DNA from: Callorhinchus milii
Taxonomy: Eukaryota
DNA length: 64,000 nucleotides
Reading direction: 5' to 3'
Assembly: GCF_018977255.1 (NCBI RefSeq)
Contig: NW_024704743.1
Span: forward strand, 31,126,001-31,190,000
The stretch's first letter is position 1. Each line of letters opens with the position of its first letter. Positions 40,216-53,300 of the stretch are shown here, one piece after another. Position numbers and translations under genes: made by a program. Below the pieces are notes generated by a model, which did not search any database, had not been told where the DNA came from, and worked only from the letters and a program-made list of their open reading frames with translations.

Positions 40216-43200
40216 CATATCTGGAAACTTGTCTCACTTGGTAGCACTCTCGCGACCAAGGTTGTAGGTTCAAGTCTCATATCAGGACTTCAGTTCCTAG
40301 CTTAAGCTGACACACGAGTGCAGCATTGGGGGAGTGCTGGATTGTCAGATCTGGTGGCCTTTAGATGAGGAATTAAAAAACGATCACATTTGCCTGTTGA
40401 ACAACAACAACTTGCGCTTATATAGTGCCCTTCACACAGGGTAGTATCTCAGAGCACTTGTTCAACAACAGCTTGCACGTTTCAAGTAGGAAAACTTCTC
40501 AAAGTGCTTTACAAAAACGAGTTACCTCTAAAGTGCTTTGAGACGTTTGATACTTAGAGGCATTACATTCGATAAAAGGATTAACATCATCTCTGCTACA
40601 CTATAAAAGGGGGATAAGATGTGGGTGAAGATAGATATAAAATTGAAACAATTGTTCAGGAAAGAATATATTATAAATAGCAGCTTTCATAAGTTTGTCT
40701 CAAAGCATTCTGTAAACATGAAAGAGGGGAAAATAACTAAGAGTAGAGTCAAGCACACATCCTGGTGCTTGATAAGACAAATCGAGATACACGGTAAGTG
40801 TACGTATGAGATGTAGCACAGATCAAAAAGGAAACAAGATTGTTTAAGAAACAAAACATGCTCACATGCACATCAAAAAACAGTAATGTTTATGTTCTCT
40901 CTAATGATTATCAAGAGAGCACACTATCTTCCAGAACTACAATCATTATCTGTACACTCATTTCACTGTGTGCACTCAGTCTGTTATAGATAAACTCATG
41001 GGATTAAACTCAAGGTTTTTGCAAAGGATATGGATGAGCGCAGGCTTAAATTAGCAGCCTGAAATAATCTCAACTGGGCCATTTCAAGTTCATTTATATA
41101 TACCTGCATTCAGTATAGTTTGTGTCACACAGCCTAGCCTATGTTTTTGTCATCTTAAGCAGTTTTTTTAAAAAGAAAGTGAGCCTTTATCCAAACCAGC
41201 TGACCATCAGTCCAAGTAGAGATATCCCCCCAGCCCATTAAACTCCAATGATCCAAAACAAGTGAACTGGTTCAACCTTTCAAAACTCATTGGTCCCAAG
41301 GGGCTCCCACACCGAATTTGTGCTGCCCCTAAAACCCAAGCAATACAAAATTAGATTCAGGTCGGGCCTGAAGATTCCCCCCATTTTTCCCACAGGGGAT
41401 AGCTCATTTATTGCTAAAAACTCAACAGAACTCAGAATGGAGCTGATCTCCCAAAACAATGTCAATAGTTTAATAGCTTGCTTAACACTTTCTTGTTTTG
41501 CACCTCTTTCCCCTCATCCCCAAAGCATGGATTCAAAACAGTCCAGAAATCCACCAATGTCCACAAATGTTGGGGAAGGACAACATTTCACACTGTGCAT
41601 GTGCAATTCTAGTTTTGCAAGGTTTCTACAGCACTGACCGACTGACTACATGTTGAGGACGAGGACATTCATATACTTTGGGGATGACGTTGCATCATTT
41701 TGTATTCCTTGCGCTTTGCAAGCATCCAGCCCAGGCAACTTAGTAGTAGAGTTTCCCATTTCAAGCCTTCTGAACCCACAACCTGAAAGTAAACCTTGAA
41801 GTTCATTCTTAGCAAAAACAAAAAAACACAAACAAAAAAGGTAATGAGTAAAGGAGTCCAGATGGGTTAAATTCTAACTCACAATCACTCACAATTCCTA
41901 CTTTCTGCACAGAAATGTAATGTTCCAGTGATTTTTACCACTATCACTGCACAAAGCCAAAATGGAGCTTGGCTCTAAAAGTTTTACATTCCTGAAACTA
42001 TTTAAGAGCTATAACAAATACCTAGAAGGTGGGAAAGTCAGACATTAAACTAGAGTGAGCCAAGTTAGTAATATGAATGTCACAGTGTTCTCCCCCAGGA
42101 ACTACAAGACAGAAATGTTCCAATGTGCAGCAGATCAGGTTTTCAATGCCTCTCAACCCCTGGACATTACGTAATAACAGAAACTCTTCACTATCTTTCA
42201 CATGGTTAATGCAACAATATGTTGAATCTGTAAATGCACACATGCTCGCCCTCAATTCATTCACTTATTTTCACTTTCTCTCTTCCTTTCCGTTGCTTTC
42301 TAAATTACTGCTCTCCGGTCACCTTATGCCACAAAATATACAGTCAATTCACTTTACAGTATATTCTGTGAAGCACATTTAGACATCTCAGACATGATAA
42401 AGCGCTACATCAAAAGCAAGGATTATTATTATTGTTGTGTGTGCCTTTGTCAACTCTCTCAAACTTCCTCCCCGTTTCTGCCTCCTCAGGAATTTCCATC
42501 ATAAATTGAAGTTCTCAGAGATGTTATAAGTCGTTGTTTCCTCTCCACAATGGAGGATGCAACATGAGCACAAGTGGATTCACAGATAAGATTTTTATTT
42601 CCTCCACATGGATAATCCTTTTGCTTCCACTCGTCAAGACCCACAGCTTACTCTTCACGGCACACTTCAGTACACTAATCACTGCACTCTGCATGAGATG
42701 CCAATTAATATTTTGCTTCCTTCAAGCTTGTAAAATACTGATGTACTACCAGATCTCATCATGCTTCCGAATTACTATATGGTTAAAGTATTGAGAGATC
42801 ATAGTATCAATAATATCCTCCATCCTGGAGTCCCTCCAACTTGCTCCCTCTCTCACCTCGTCAAGGTCTGTCTCAAGACCTACCTGTTTGACCATAATTT
42901 TGCTTTTCCCCTTCCCACCCTCTTGAGTCCCAGTTCATGTACCAAGCCAGGATGCCAAGCATATCATAATAACCGTTTAGGGATGTGCTCCCGAGCTGCA
43001 AGGCATTATATACAAATTTCTATTGCACTGTATATACCCTTTAAATCTCATGCCATCTTTCCAACTTAAAAACAATGGTTTCTTAACGTGTTGCTTTTGC
43101 CCTGTCTGTACTTGGGAAAGATTTGTTTTGCATTTATTCTCCAAAAGGAGTTCTGGTGCATATAACATTAATAAATTAAGTTTCAAGACAATTACCCTCC

Positions 43201-43367
43201 ATTTATTACCATTTTTGATCCTTCCCTCACTGAGAACCAAAACTACTAACATCTAGAAGTGAGAAAGGATCCAGACAATGCACGAATCCAAAAATTACAT
43301 GTTTCTATTTGACTCTACATGACATAGAGAAATCAAAATCTCAATATATCTCAAGAGGTTGCAACAT

Positions 43368-43660
43368 AAGTCCTGTAGCTCAGGGGTTAGAGCACTTGCC
43401 TCGCAAGCGAGAGACCTGGGTTCAATTCCCGATAGGGCAAAACCTTGGGCAAGTTTCCTTACTCCACACGCCTGATAATAATCCCTCAAGAAAAAAAANG
43501 TAATAATTTGGTCACTTCAATCCACGACTGTTTCTGGGACACTGCTGCCGTGTTTTGTCTACAAATATACAGTTAATTCACTTTACAGCATATTCTGTGA
43601 AGCGCTTTGAGACATCTAAAAGATGTGAAAAGCCCTGTATCAAATGCAAGGGTTATTATA
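43368..43660 (+). mobile_element. tRNA-headed Deu-domain SINE, short form
   Basis: A box and B box (gggttcaattccc) present; same internal junction as 15191; contains the single N of the window (43499). Confidence 0.9.
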
Positions 43661-43699
43661 ATGAATTATTATAAGAAAGTAGAACTATTTACTTGACTA

Positions 43700-44092
43700 T
43701 CATAGAATCATAGATCATAGTATCGTACAGCACAAAAAGAGACCATTCGGCCCATCGAGTTTGTGCCGGCTCTTTGAAAAGAGCAATGCATTGTCAATCC
43801 CAGTCCCGAGCCCTTTCCCCATAACACTGCAAACCCGTCTTCCTCAAATACCCGTTCACCGTGTTTTTAAAAGTAGTTATCGAATCGGCCTCGACCACCC
43901 TTTCAGGCAATGCATTCCAGATTCCAGACAACTCGCTGCATGAAAAAATGTCTTCTCACCTCTCCTCTGCTTCTTTTAGATTCTATTTTGAATCTGTGAC
44001 CTCGAGTCACTGACACACCCACCAGTGGAAACAGTTTTTCCCTTTCTAACCTATCAAATCCCCTCATGATTTTGAAGACCTCTATTAGGTCT
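43700..44092 (-). mobile_element. CR1 LINE 3' fragment
   Basis: Translates DLIEVFKIMRGFDR...TRGHRFK...FFMQRVV; (tatgattc)n tail. Confidence 0.92.
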
Positions 44093-45489
44093 CGAATAGA
44101 ATAAAACAAAACAAGGACTAGAATAAAACAAATTAAGCAATGGTCCAGCTAAATTTATTTGGAGCAATTTTTTTTTAGCATTGGGTTTCACTGTCTAAAT
44201 TAATTGTTGGTTATTCCTTGGAGGGTTGTCCTTGGTGGTATGTTGCCACATTCCAAAAATGTTACAAGGTCACAGATTTCATAGAAAACCATTAGCAGCT
44301 AAATAATTTTGACAAGGTACAGTCCTACAAATCAAAAAGGGCAGCAAAGTAAATCATAATAAAGTCACCGTTCTGCCAATAAGCAAACAATTTCCCTCAC
44401 TGCTTAAACTGAAACACATTTTTCTCACCGTGAAGAAACCAACAGACAAACCCTACGGAGCACCACCAGACAAAGAAAAATAATAAGAAAACAAATCTAG
44501 GTAAAGATCACAGGTTTTAAAAACTATGCAATTTGCCTCTGAGATTAATAACTATATTATAAATGTAACCAAATAACTACCGTGTCTTGACTTTGTGTTT
44601 TTTTTACAATTTAAGTACTGTTCTTGGTTCTTTACCTTTGATAAGGGTATCAATAGTTAAGGCTTTTGGTAATTATAACCATGCAGCAAACTGTCTGGTT
44701 TCTCATTGCATATAGTAATAAATGGGTTCTGTGCTTACACAAGGGTGGGGTTTTTAAATTAAACATGAAAGCTTTTTACATATTTAAAAATGGAGCAAAT
44801 AAGACCATGCCACAGTCTATATTGGATCATTTTTTTGAAGATAGAAATACCAAGAAATGCAACTATAATTTCTATTAATTAAATAATGATCATTAATAAG
44901 TACAGTATTGCCCCTAATCAGGCAGTAAATCTGGCCAATCATTAAATGATATCACAACAACCAACCAGTGAAGTTTCTTTGACATTTGAAAGGCAACGAG
45001 ATTCTCCCCACCCACCCGTTTTAGTTCATCCATTGAAAATGTCATTTCAACTGATTTACTGACTGTTTTGTTACTTTGTGTGCTTCCCGTTAATAAACAA
45101 GCTTTTCATTTACCGTTTTTAGAGAATAATAAATCTGGTCATTTTTCCTCCATGTTATTTTTTTTAAATGTAATTGCCACTGAGTCAATGACCAGATTTG
45201 TTAACAATTACTGGCTCATGGTCAAGTCCCTTAGTTGTGATTACTCCATGATTATGCTACAGTCCACAGATGTGGAGAAGATACAAGCTTAGTTTGTAGT
45301 CCTACTTAATCTGTCAAATAGGACAAATCTAATAGTATCAAAAGTAAAAGACAAAAAAGCAAAAGCTATGGGAAATCAGTAGTTTTTCAATGATTAGTTA
45401 TAATCAATTGTTAATTGTTCAATGGTAGGGTTCTTTGTAACAAATATTTATGAGAGTTTTCTATTTGCATTTTACCAAGCCAATATTTC

Positions 45490-47566
45490 CAGAGGTCAAT
45501 CACATATTCCCTTGAGGAATAAAAATACCACGGAAAAGTGGTTCAACCATGGCTAACTAGAGCAGTTAGGGAAAGTATAAAATTAAAAGAGACTTATAAT
45601 ACTACCAAAAAGAGCAGTAAACCTGAGGATTGGGAGGGCTTCAGAGACCAACAAAGAAAAACTAAGAAACTGAGCAGGAGGGCGAAAATGGATTATGAGG
45701 GCAAACTAACTAGGAACATAAAGACAGACTACAAGAGTTTTTACAAATATATAAAGAGGAAGAGACTAGCAGAAGTGAATGTGCGTCCATTACAGGGAGA
45801 GACAGGAGGAATTAAAATGGGCGATAAAGATATGGCAGAGGCATTAAATAAATACTTTGCTTCTGTCTTCACGTTAGAAGACACTGAAAACTTACCAAAA
45901 ATAGAGAGGAACCAAGAAGCTAATGTTAGTGAGCAACTTAAGGAAATTAACTTAGGGAAAATAAAGAATTAGTACTAGGGAAACTGTTGGGATTGAAAAA
46001 TGACAAATCCCCTGGACTTGATGGCCTGCATCCTAGGGTTTTAAAAGAGGTGGCTGCTGAGATAGTGGATGCCTTGTTTTTGATCTTCCAAAATTCTCTG
46101 GATTCTGGAACGGTTCCCATTGATTGGAAGATCGCAAACATAACACCACTATTTAAGAAGAGTGGGAGAGAGAAGATGGGGAACTATAGACCCGTCAGTC
46201 TGACATCGGTGGCAGGGAAAATTCTAGAATCTTTAATTAGGGACATCTTAGAGGGTACTTAGAGTACCATAACATGATTAGGCAGCGTCAACATGGCTTT
46301 ACAAAAGGGAAGTCACGCTTAACAAATCTTTTAGAGTTTTTTGAGGATGTAACTAGCAGGTTAGATAGGGGAAACCAGTAGATGTAGTATATTTAGATTT
46401 TCAGAAGGCATTCGACAACAAGGTGCCACATAAAAAGCTGCTACACAAGATTAGGGCCTATGGAATTAAAGGTAATATATTAGCATGGATCGAAGAGTGG
46501 CTAACGGGAAGAAAACAGAGAGTAGGATTAAGGGGTCCTTCTCAGATTGGCAAGATGTGACTAGTGGAGTGCCATAAGGATCAGTGCTTGGGCCTTGACT
46601 ATTTACAAACTATATCAATGATCTGGACACGGTAATCGAACTTAAAATATTTTAATTTGCAGATGATAACTAAGCTAGGTGGGAGAGTAAGCTCTGAGGA
46701 TGACACAAAAAGATTGCAAAGAGATATAGATAGCTAGATGAGTGGGCAAGAAGATGGCAGATGGAATATAATGTGGGGAAGTGTGAAGTTAGTAACAACA
46801 GAAAAGCAGATTGTTTTCTAGAGGGGGAGGACTAGATAGTGTTAGTGTTCAGAGGGATTTGGGTGTCCTTGTACACCAGTCACAAAAAGTTAGTATGCAG
46901 GGACAGCAAGCAACTAGGAAGGCTAATGCATGTTGGCGTTTATTGCAAAAGGGTTAGAATACAAGAGTAGGGAAGTCTTACTGCAATCATATAGGGCCTT
47001 GGTGAGACCGCACCTAAAATATTGTGTGCCATTTTGGTCTCCTTATTTAAGAAAGGACATACTTGTCTTAGAGGGGGTGCGGCGTAGATTCACTAGGTTA
47101 GTTCCTAGGATGAGGGGCTTGACCTATTAGGATAGGTTGAGTAAACTAGGCCTATATTCTCTAGAATATAGAAGAATTAGGGGTGATCTTATAGAAACAT
47201 ATAAGATTCTTGACAGGATTGACAGGATAGACAGTGTGAGACTGTTTCCCCTGGTAGGAGAATCTATAACTAGGGGTCATAGTCTTAAGATTAAGGATCA
47301 GCCCTTTCGAAGAGAGTTGAGGAAACACTTCTTCCCTCAGAGGGTAGTGAATTTATGGAATTCTCTACCCCAGAAGGCTGTAGATATTCAGTCCTTGAAC
47401 ATATTCAAGACTGAGGTTGATAGATTTCTAAAGGATAGAGGGATTAAGGGATATGGGGATAAGGCGGGCAGTTTGAGTTAGGTTAGAAGATCAGCCATGA
47501 TCTTATTGAATGGCGGGACAGGCTCGAATGGCCTACTCCTGCTCCTAATTCCTATGTTCCTATGTT
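45490..47566 (+). mobile_element. 5'-truncated CR1 LINE (~2.1 kb), ORF2/RT broken by stops and frameshifts
   Basis: KSPGLDGLHPRVLKE, GNYRPVSLTSV, YLDFQKAFD, FADD region, RGDLIETYKI, TRGHSLK; tail (cctatgtt)n. Confidence 0.96.
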
Positions 47567-47611
47567 AATCCAGTAATGTAAGCCACTAGGATAGGCACTG
47601 AAATAGAAACA

Positions 47612-48063
47612 AATAATAATAACAATAGTTGCATTAGTATAGTGCCTTACCATCATTGAGACACCTCAAAGTATTTCACAGGGTATACTGTAAAGTGTAG
47701 GTGAGTGTGTGTTTCATGTGCCAACACGCCAAACAATTTGTGAACAGCCATGTCCCACAAGCATCCATGGAGTGAGTGACCAATTTTATTTGGGGGATTG
47801 TGGGCCAGGATGCTGGGAGAGAGAAACTCCCTTCCCTTTTTGAATAGTGCCAATGGGATCTTTAACATCCACCTGGACAGGGAAAGGGAACCTTGTTTAA
47901 AGTCTCATCTGAAGGATGGCACTTTTGACAATACAGCACACCATCAGCTTTACACTGAAGTCTCAACATGGAATATATGGGTTCCAAGTCCCAACATGGC
48001 TCTGAATCAGAACACAACTTTCTGACTCAGAGGGAAGAGCGCTACCAACTGAGCCAGACTAAC
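47612..48063 (-). mobile_element. Older tRNA-headed Deu-domain SINE (SacSINE1-like), full length
   Basis: Head tggctcagttggtagcgctctt...ctgagtcagaaag; Deu core gttaaagatcccattggcactattc; L2-like tail. Confidence 0.85.
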
Positions 48064-49374
48064 AAATATCCCGCCTTAAATAAATCATGTCAATCACATA
48101 TTTAAAGAAAACGCCAGGGGAGGGGCAAACAATTTCTGAATCTGTAATACATGGCACTGATTAAATGAATTGTGAACTATGTACCGTGAGCTACAAACTC
48201 ACATTGGAGACGAGCACCTAGAGGAGGTGATTTCAAGAGGTATGTGATTCCTACAGTATAAATGTGGCAGGTGCAAATCACACTCTCCTTTGATGGCATA
48301 GGAGCTTTTGAACAGATATCTTGCACCTTTTTTAAAGAGCATTTTCTTGAATGCATTAAGTGACCTGGTCCCTACTGCTGGTCCTGGTAACTCATGGCAC
48401 TGGCTGATTAACCCTTTGGGAAAGAAATGCTGCCTGGTGTCAGTCTACAGCAGCCCTTCACGATCCCGAGCCTGAGTGAGCCATCACCCAGGGATTTATT
48501 TAATCCCTCCAAGACCAACACATCAGTAGGATTTGGAGGGGTTGGCCGATCAGTGAAGGCAGGGATTCTTCCCACTTGGCTCCTGTTAACTCTGCAAACC
48601 AAAGCCCTAACAGGTAGGGTGATCCCAGCTGGACAAGCAGCGAGAAAGCTTGCTGAACAGTGCACTCACTGGCAAGCGATGTGACTTTAGTTGATTAGAC
48701 AGCATCAGTATCCCAATGCAAACTCTGGGCATTCCATTCCAGGCACAGGGAAATTTCCATTTCTATGCGGTATACACGTGCGGAACTCTGTCTAGTTTGG
48801 GCACTCTTAAGCACGGTAGTGGATTTCCGCATGTGTTAGACACCCAGGGTCACCAGAAATATATCTCTGATAAGCCAAGCAGACTGGCCAACCATTAAAA
48901 GTGCACTCGAGTCCTGTGGACCTGCCTGAATCAGGTATAGGATGACCTGAATCCACTACAATGAACTCACAAAGTTTACAAAAACTGTACAGGCCACTTG
49001 GCCCAACCAGTCCATGCCGGTGTTTACACTCCACATGAATCTCCACTATTTCTTACTCCCTCCTCTATCCCTTACTTGAAGGTCTAGCTTCCTGCAGACT
49101 GAACTGACTGATCCACCACTCCCATCTTTGGCATACATGTCACAATTTACCTCCCATACTGCTGATAAGCTTGAACCATGAATGGATATCTGGTACCAGA
49201 AACTTCTTCCAGGTGGTATGATGATTTGCACAGCTGCACGTGAAATGTAGGTGTGAAAGACAACTGCCTGTCAGGGCCTCCGGTAATTGGAGGTGTCAAA
49301 CCTCACCAATAGTGCCTTAGCACTATACTGTATTTACCATGCTGGAGAGACTTTCACAAGTCATCTTACAATGT

Positions 49375-49746
49375 GAGTCCTGTAGCTCAGTGGTTAGAGC
49401 ATACACCTCGCAAGTGAGAAACCTGAGTTAGATTCCGGGCAGGGCGAAATGTTAGGCAAGTTTCCTTACTCCACACCCATCTGTTTACCAAGCAGTAAGT
49501 AGGAACCCGGTTGCTAGTCGATTGGTGGATGGCTTTCCCGGGGATAATAATTCCTTCAAATAATAATAATTTGGCCACTCAAACTACAAGTGTTTGTGGG
49601 ACACTGCTGTGTGTAATTGGCTGCCGCGTTTAACCCACAAAATATACAGTCAATTCACTTTGTAGTACATCCTGTGATGTACTTCCACATGTCGCAATGA
49701 TGTGATAAGGCGCTGTATCAAATGCAAGGATTATTATTATTATTAT
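49375..49746 (+). mobile_element. Full-length tRNA-headed Deu-domain SINE, long form
   Basis: gagtcctgtagctcagtggttagagc head through atcaaatgcaaggat(tat)n. Confidence 0.92.
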
Positions 49747-50099
49747 AATAACCAAGTCTGGAAGCTGATGCTCAATGCTGCATACTAGGTTTGCTGGACA
49801 TCAGCTGCTTAATCCAGGTCTTCACGTAAGGTGTTCTGGAAAACAGTAAAGACTGTCAGATGTTGAAATCTACCCACACATTTGACACTTCGTACTATCG
49901 TGTATTATAGATTAATTGAACAATTCAATAAGTTACTGAGCATTTTGCTGTACTTGGACAACCTTTCATTGTTTCCCCTAAACAGATATCACATGAGAGA
50001 TTCAGATAAAGTAGAATCTTTCGACCCATTTGATTTCATGTTTCCAAAATTCCCACTCTACTGTTCTCCTATTATAGCATCAAGCTGCTTCCTAAATGA

Positions 50100-50325
50100 A
50101 ATAAAAACAGAAGTCGCTGGGAATACACAGCATCTATGGAGAGAGGAAAGTGAGTTAACATTTCAGGTTGATGACCTTTCGTCAAAATGGTCATCTGATG
50201 AAAGGTCCTCGATCAGAAACATTAACTCACTTTCCTCTATCCATAGATGCTGTCTGACCTGCTGAGTGTTCCCAGTGACGTCTGTTTTTATTTCAGATTT
50301 CCAGCATCTGCAGTATTTTGTCTTT
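50100..50325. mobile_element. Palindromic Penelope-like non-autonomous element with degenerate hammerhead cores, 14-bp TSD
   Basis: Direct repeat tgcttcctaaatga at 50086-50099 and 50326-50339; ~90-bp inverted arms; ctgatgaaaggtc...gaaac at 50195-50220. Confidence 0.82.
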
Positions 50326-53300
50326 TGCTTCCTAAATGAGTCCAGCATCCTGGCCTCAACCAACCCTTACATTCCAGTTAATTTGTCTCAATGAAAATAA
50401 ATATTTCTTGGTGTCAGTCGTGAAATTGCCCTTCATAATAACTTGAATTTCTGGCCTCTTACCCTGCTGTCTTGGCACATTTAAAAATAATGTTCTGGCT
50501 TTGCTCTCAATGCCACTGATGGAAGCAAACATCAGACACTTGTGCCTGAGGCATTTGGAGTTCACTCAATTATTCAAACTCGCATTGGCCGAGCTTGTGG
50601 TGTGATTCCCACTTATTCAGGTTCAGGCACCATAGGACAGATTTTTAGAAAGCCAGGGATCCTAATCATTCTGGAATGACTAACACTGCACGTGTGGGGA
50701 TAATGGGCAAGGAAAGAATCAGGTTTGGATGTGAAGCTCCTCCTCCAATCTAAAAGCCAGTCTAAATATTCTGTGTCTAAGTTAACACATGAAGAATAGC
50801 CATTTGGACCAAAGTCTAACGATGCTCACTACAGCCAAGCAAATATCAGTGCCTCACGGAAGAAGCAAAGGGAAAACTAGGCGGAAGACACAGAGCTACA
50901 TAATTTTGGGGGTCAGTCAGGTATCTAATACATGCAGAAATCCAATACATTTGCCACCACCACATGGAAATGTCCAAGTGTCTCGAATGGTATGTGCATT
51001 CTATCCCCAGAGGGATGCACTCTGCTTAGCTACAGAAAGTATTACACATTCTGTACAGCATGGAAATCAATCCATGTCAGTGTTTATACTCCACATGAAG
51101 CAGACACAAATTGGCAAGAGCTAAGACTTGGGGACACCAGAGCGTGTGTTGAGATAGTGCTTGAGTTAAACCAGCTAAAAACTCATTGCTTGTCATTGTG
51201 AGTACTGTCTGACAAGCTTTCTGCTGCTTCCTCAGCTGGGCCAGTAGGACTTTGGCTTGCACGGTTAACAGAAGTCAAGCGGGAAGAATCCCTGCCTTGC
51301 CCCCCCCTCCCCCCAAGTCCTGCTGACGAGCTCGGCTGGCGGGTCTGTCATCAGCAGTTTCTAGCAATCCTGAGGGCCCACTTGTCTCAGGACGTCCGAG
51401 ACCACCACAGAGGGTCGGCTCAATTCTGACATTCCATTGCCAAGCAAGTTACCTCAGAGCCAGCTCAGGCCCCCAGGGGATCCCGAAACGTATCCCTTAC
51501 GTGAAAGATGCTATTTAAATGTCAACTGTACTGCAGTATCCCATTTACCTCTGCTGAAGGTGGATAGTCCTGCTGTTAATAAGATAAATATATCTATGAT
51601 AGATCAAATACTCTGTGGAGCATAATGGTTAGATGATGCCAATGATGAATCTTGAGAAAAGAATCTAAAGTTTTGACGGATAATACTTTATCACAGGACT
51701 CAACTTTCATTCTAACAATGAAATAAGAGATGCTCAAAATCAAATAGGCTGGAATACATCATATATTGCAGAAAGCCTATATTTTCTACACTGTGCCATG
51801 TAACAGGTGAAGCAAGGAGACTAGATTACAGCTTCAACCAGATACCAATTATATTTTTTATTATTCATTAAGCAGTAAAACATTTTTGTAAAGAAGAAAA
51901 CTATCAACTGCCAATATAACCCATGACTGGTCCCTCTCTCCCCATTACGTAACATACCAGCACACAGCAAGTTTGAATGATCAGAATAATAAATGCAGAA
52001 CGTTCCATTTTAACACAATGTTGTCAATGACAGCAGTAAATTAAAGCCTGAAACAAACACTTTGATGCAAAGTCTGTAACATACAGAAATTGAGTGATGT
52101 AAACCAAATTCCAAACATCTGTCAGACTCACACGATTATGCTATGTGTCTGAGACTGGGTTTCTCAGTGATTGAGCTGTCAGTGAACACTGACTCAGAAC
52201 TTTTGAATATTCAGATCTTACTGAAAATGACTTGTGGACTGCCATTGAATTATATCACCGGATTCCCAATCTAAACCACATTAATTTTGTTGAGTAGCTT
52301 TCTGACCAATCCATTATTTTGCACGTAGCTGGACACCAGTTACATGTAAACTACAACTGCCCACCTGCAGCCTGACCCAATTCCCCCAGGTAGCGCATGG
52401 CATAGTGACACTCACAATAGACTCACTATAACGTTATCGCAGCTGAGAGAGTAAGGACTGGCTGAGTCAAGAGTAACTACTGTATTACTTTTCTTTGGAA
52501 ATAAGAAGCATTTTATTTTCATTTTAAAATGTAGGTAGAGTACTTTCTTTATTCACATTTTAAAAAAGTTCTGAGTTTCTTTAAGAAAATAGACGCCAAA
52601 ACAAAAAAGATATTTCAAAGGGATTCCTTGGTATCAGCATAACACAGTGCTTCAAATGACTGTACCAGCTCTATGAGAAGTCTCAGAGGTTGAACATTTC
52701 TCTTGCCGCACTTATTTTTCTCGGTATCTTAACAAGTCTTCGGACTTTATCCAAACAGACAGACACAAATCCTGCATGTTCTCAAACAACACGCAAGCAA
52801 TTCTATTTGTTTATTTCCCAACCACTGTAGTGATCAGTTTAAAAAAAATTTTTAAACAAATTATGTTTATTCAATGACTTTGATTTGCTAAATACTGTAG
52901 ATTCTTCTTCTGTAGCAATCGTAGAGCTATCAATACAACCCATCCGATGTGATTAGTCAGTTCAAAAAGCCTTTCGAATTGCCATTAGCATTCAGATCCA
53001 TTCTATACGATGGCAATACTGAAGCCTCAAATGCACTCATATAACCAGAACTGGGTTCATGACTGAGCCAGTCATTCTCTATTCTGTCTCTCACTATTCA
53101 TTTCATACACAAAGATTTAAGGCTGTGTTTCTAATTGAAAAGATAAGAGGGGTTGTGAAAATTATGCCAAATTATGGCTAAATAAAAAATGATTATGTTA
53201 TTGCTTTACACTGTCAGAAAGAACTTTTTAACTAGGCTCCTGTTCCAGTTTTTGTCAACCAAACAAGATGTCTGGAGACTAAAACACAATGAATAATTGA

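Noticed and set aside
45538..47481. Several RT-like ORFs as a host gene
   Set aside because: They are pieces of one truncated CR1 with stops and frameshifts
48774..48836. Imperfect 12-bp inverted repeat resembling a pre-miRNA
   Set aside because: The stem is too short and the interior does not pair well
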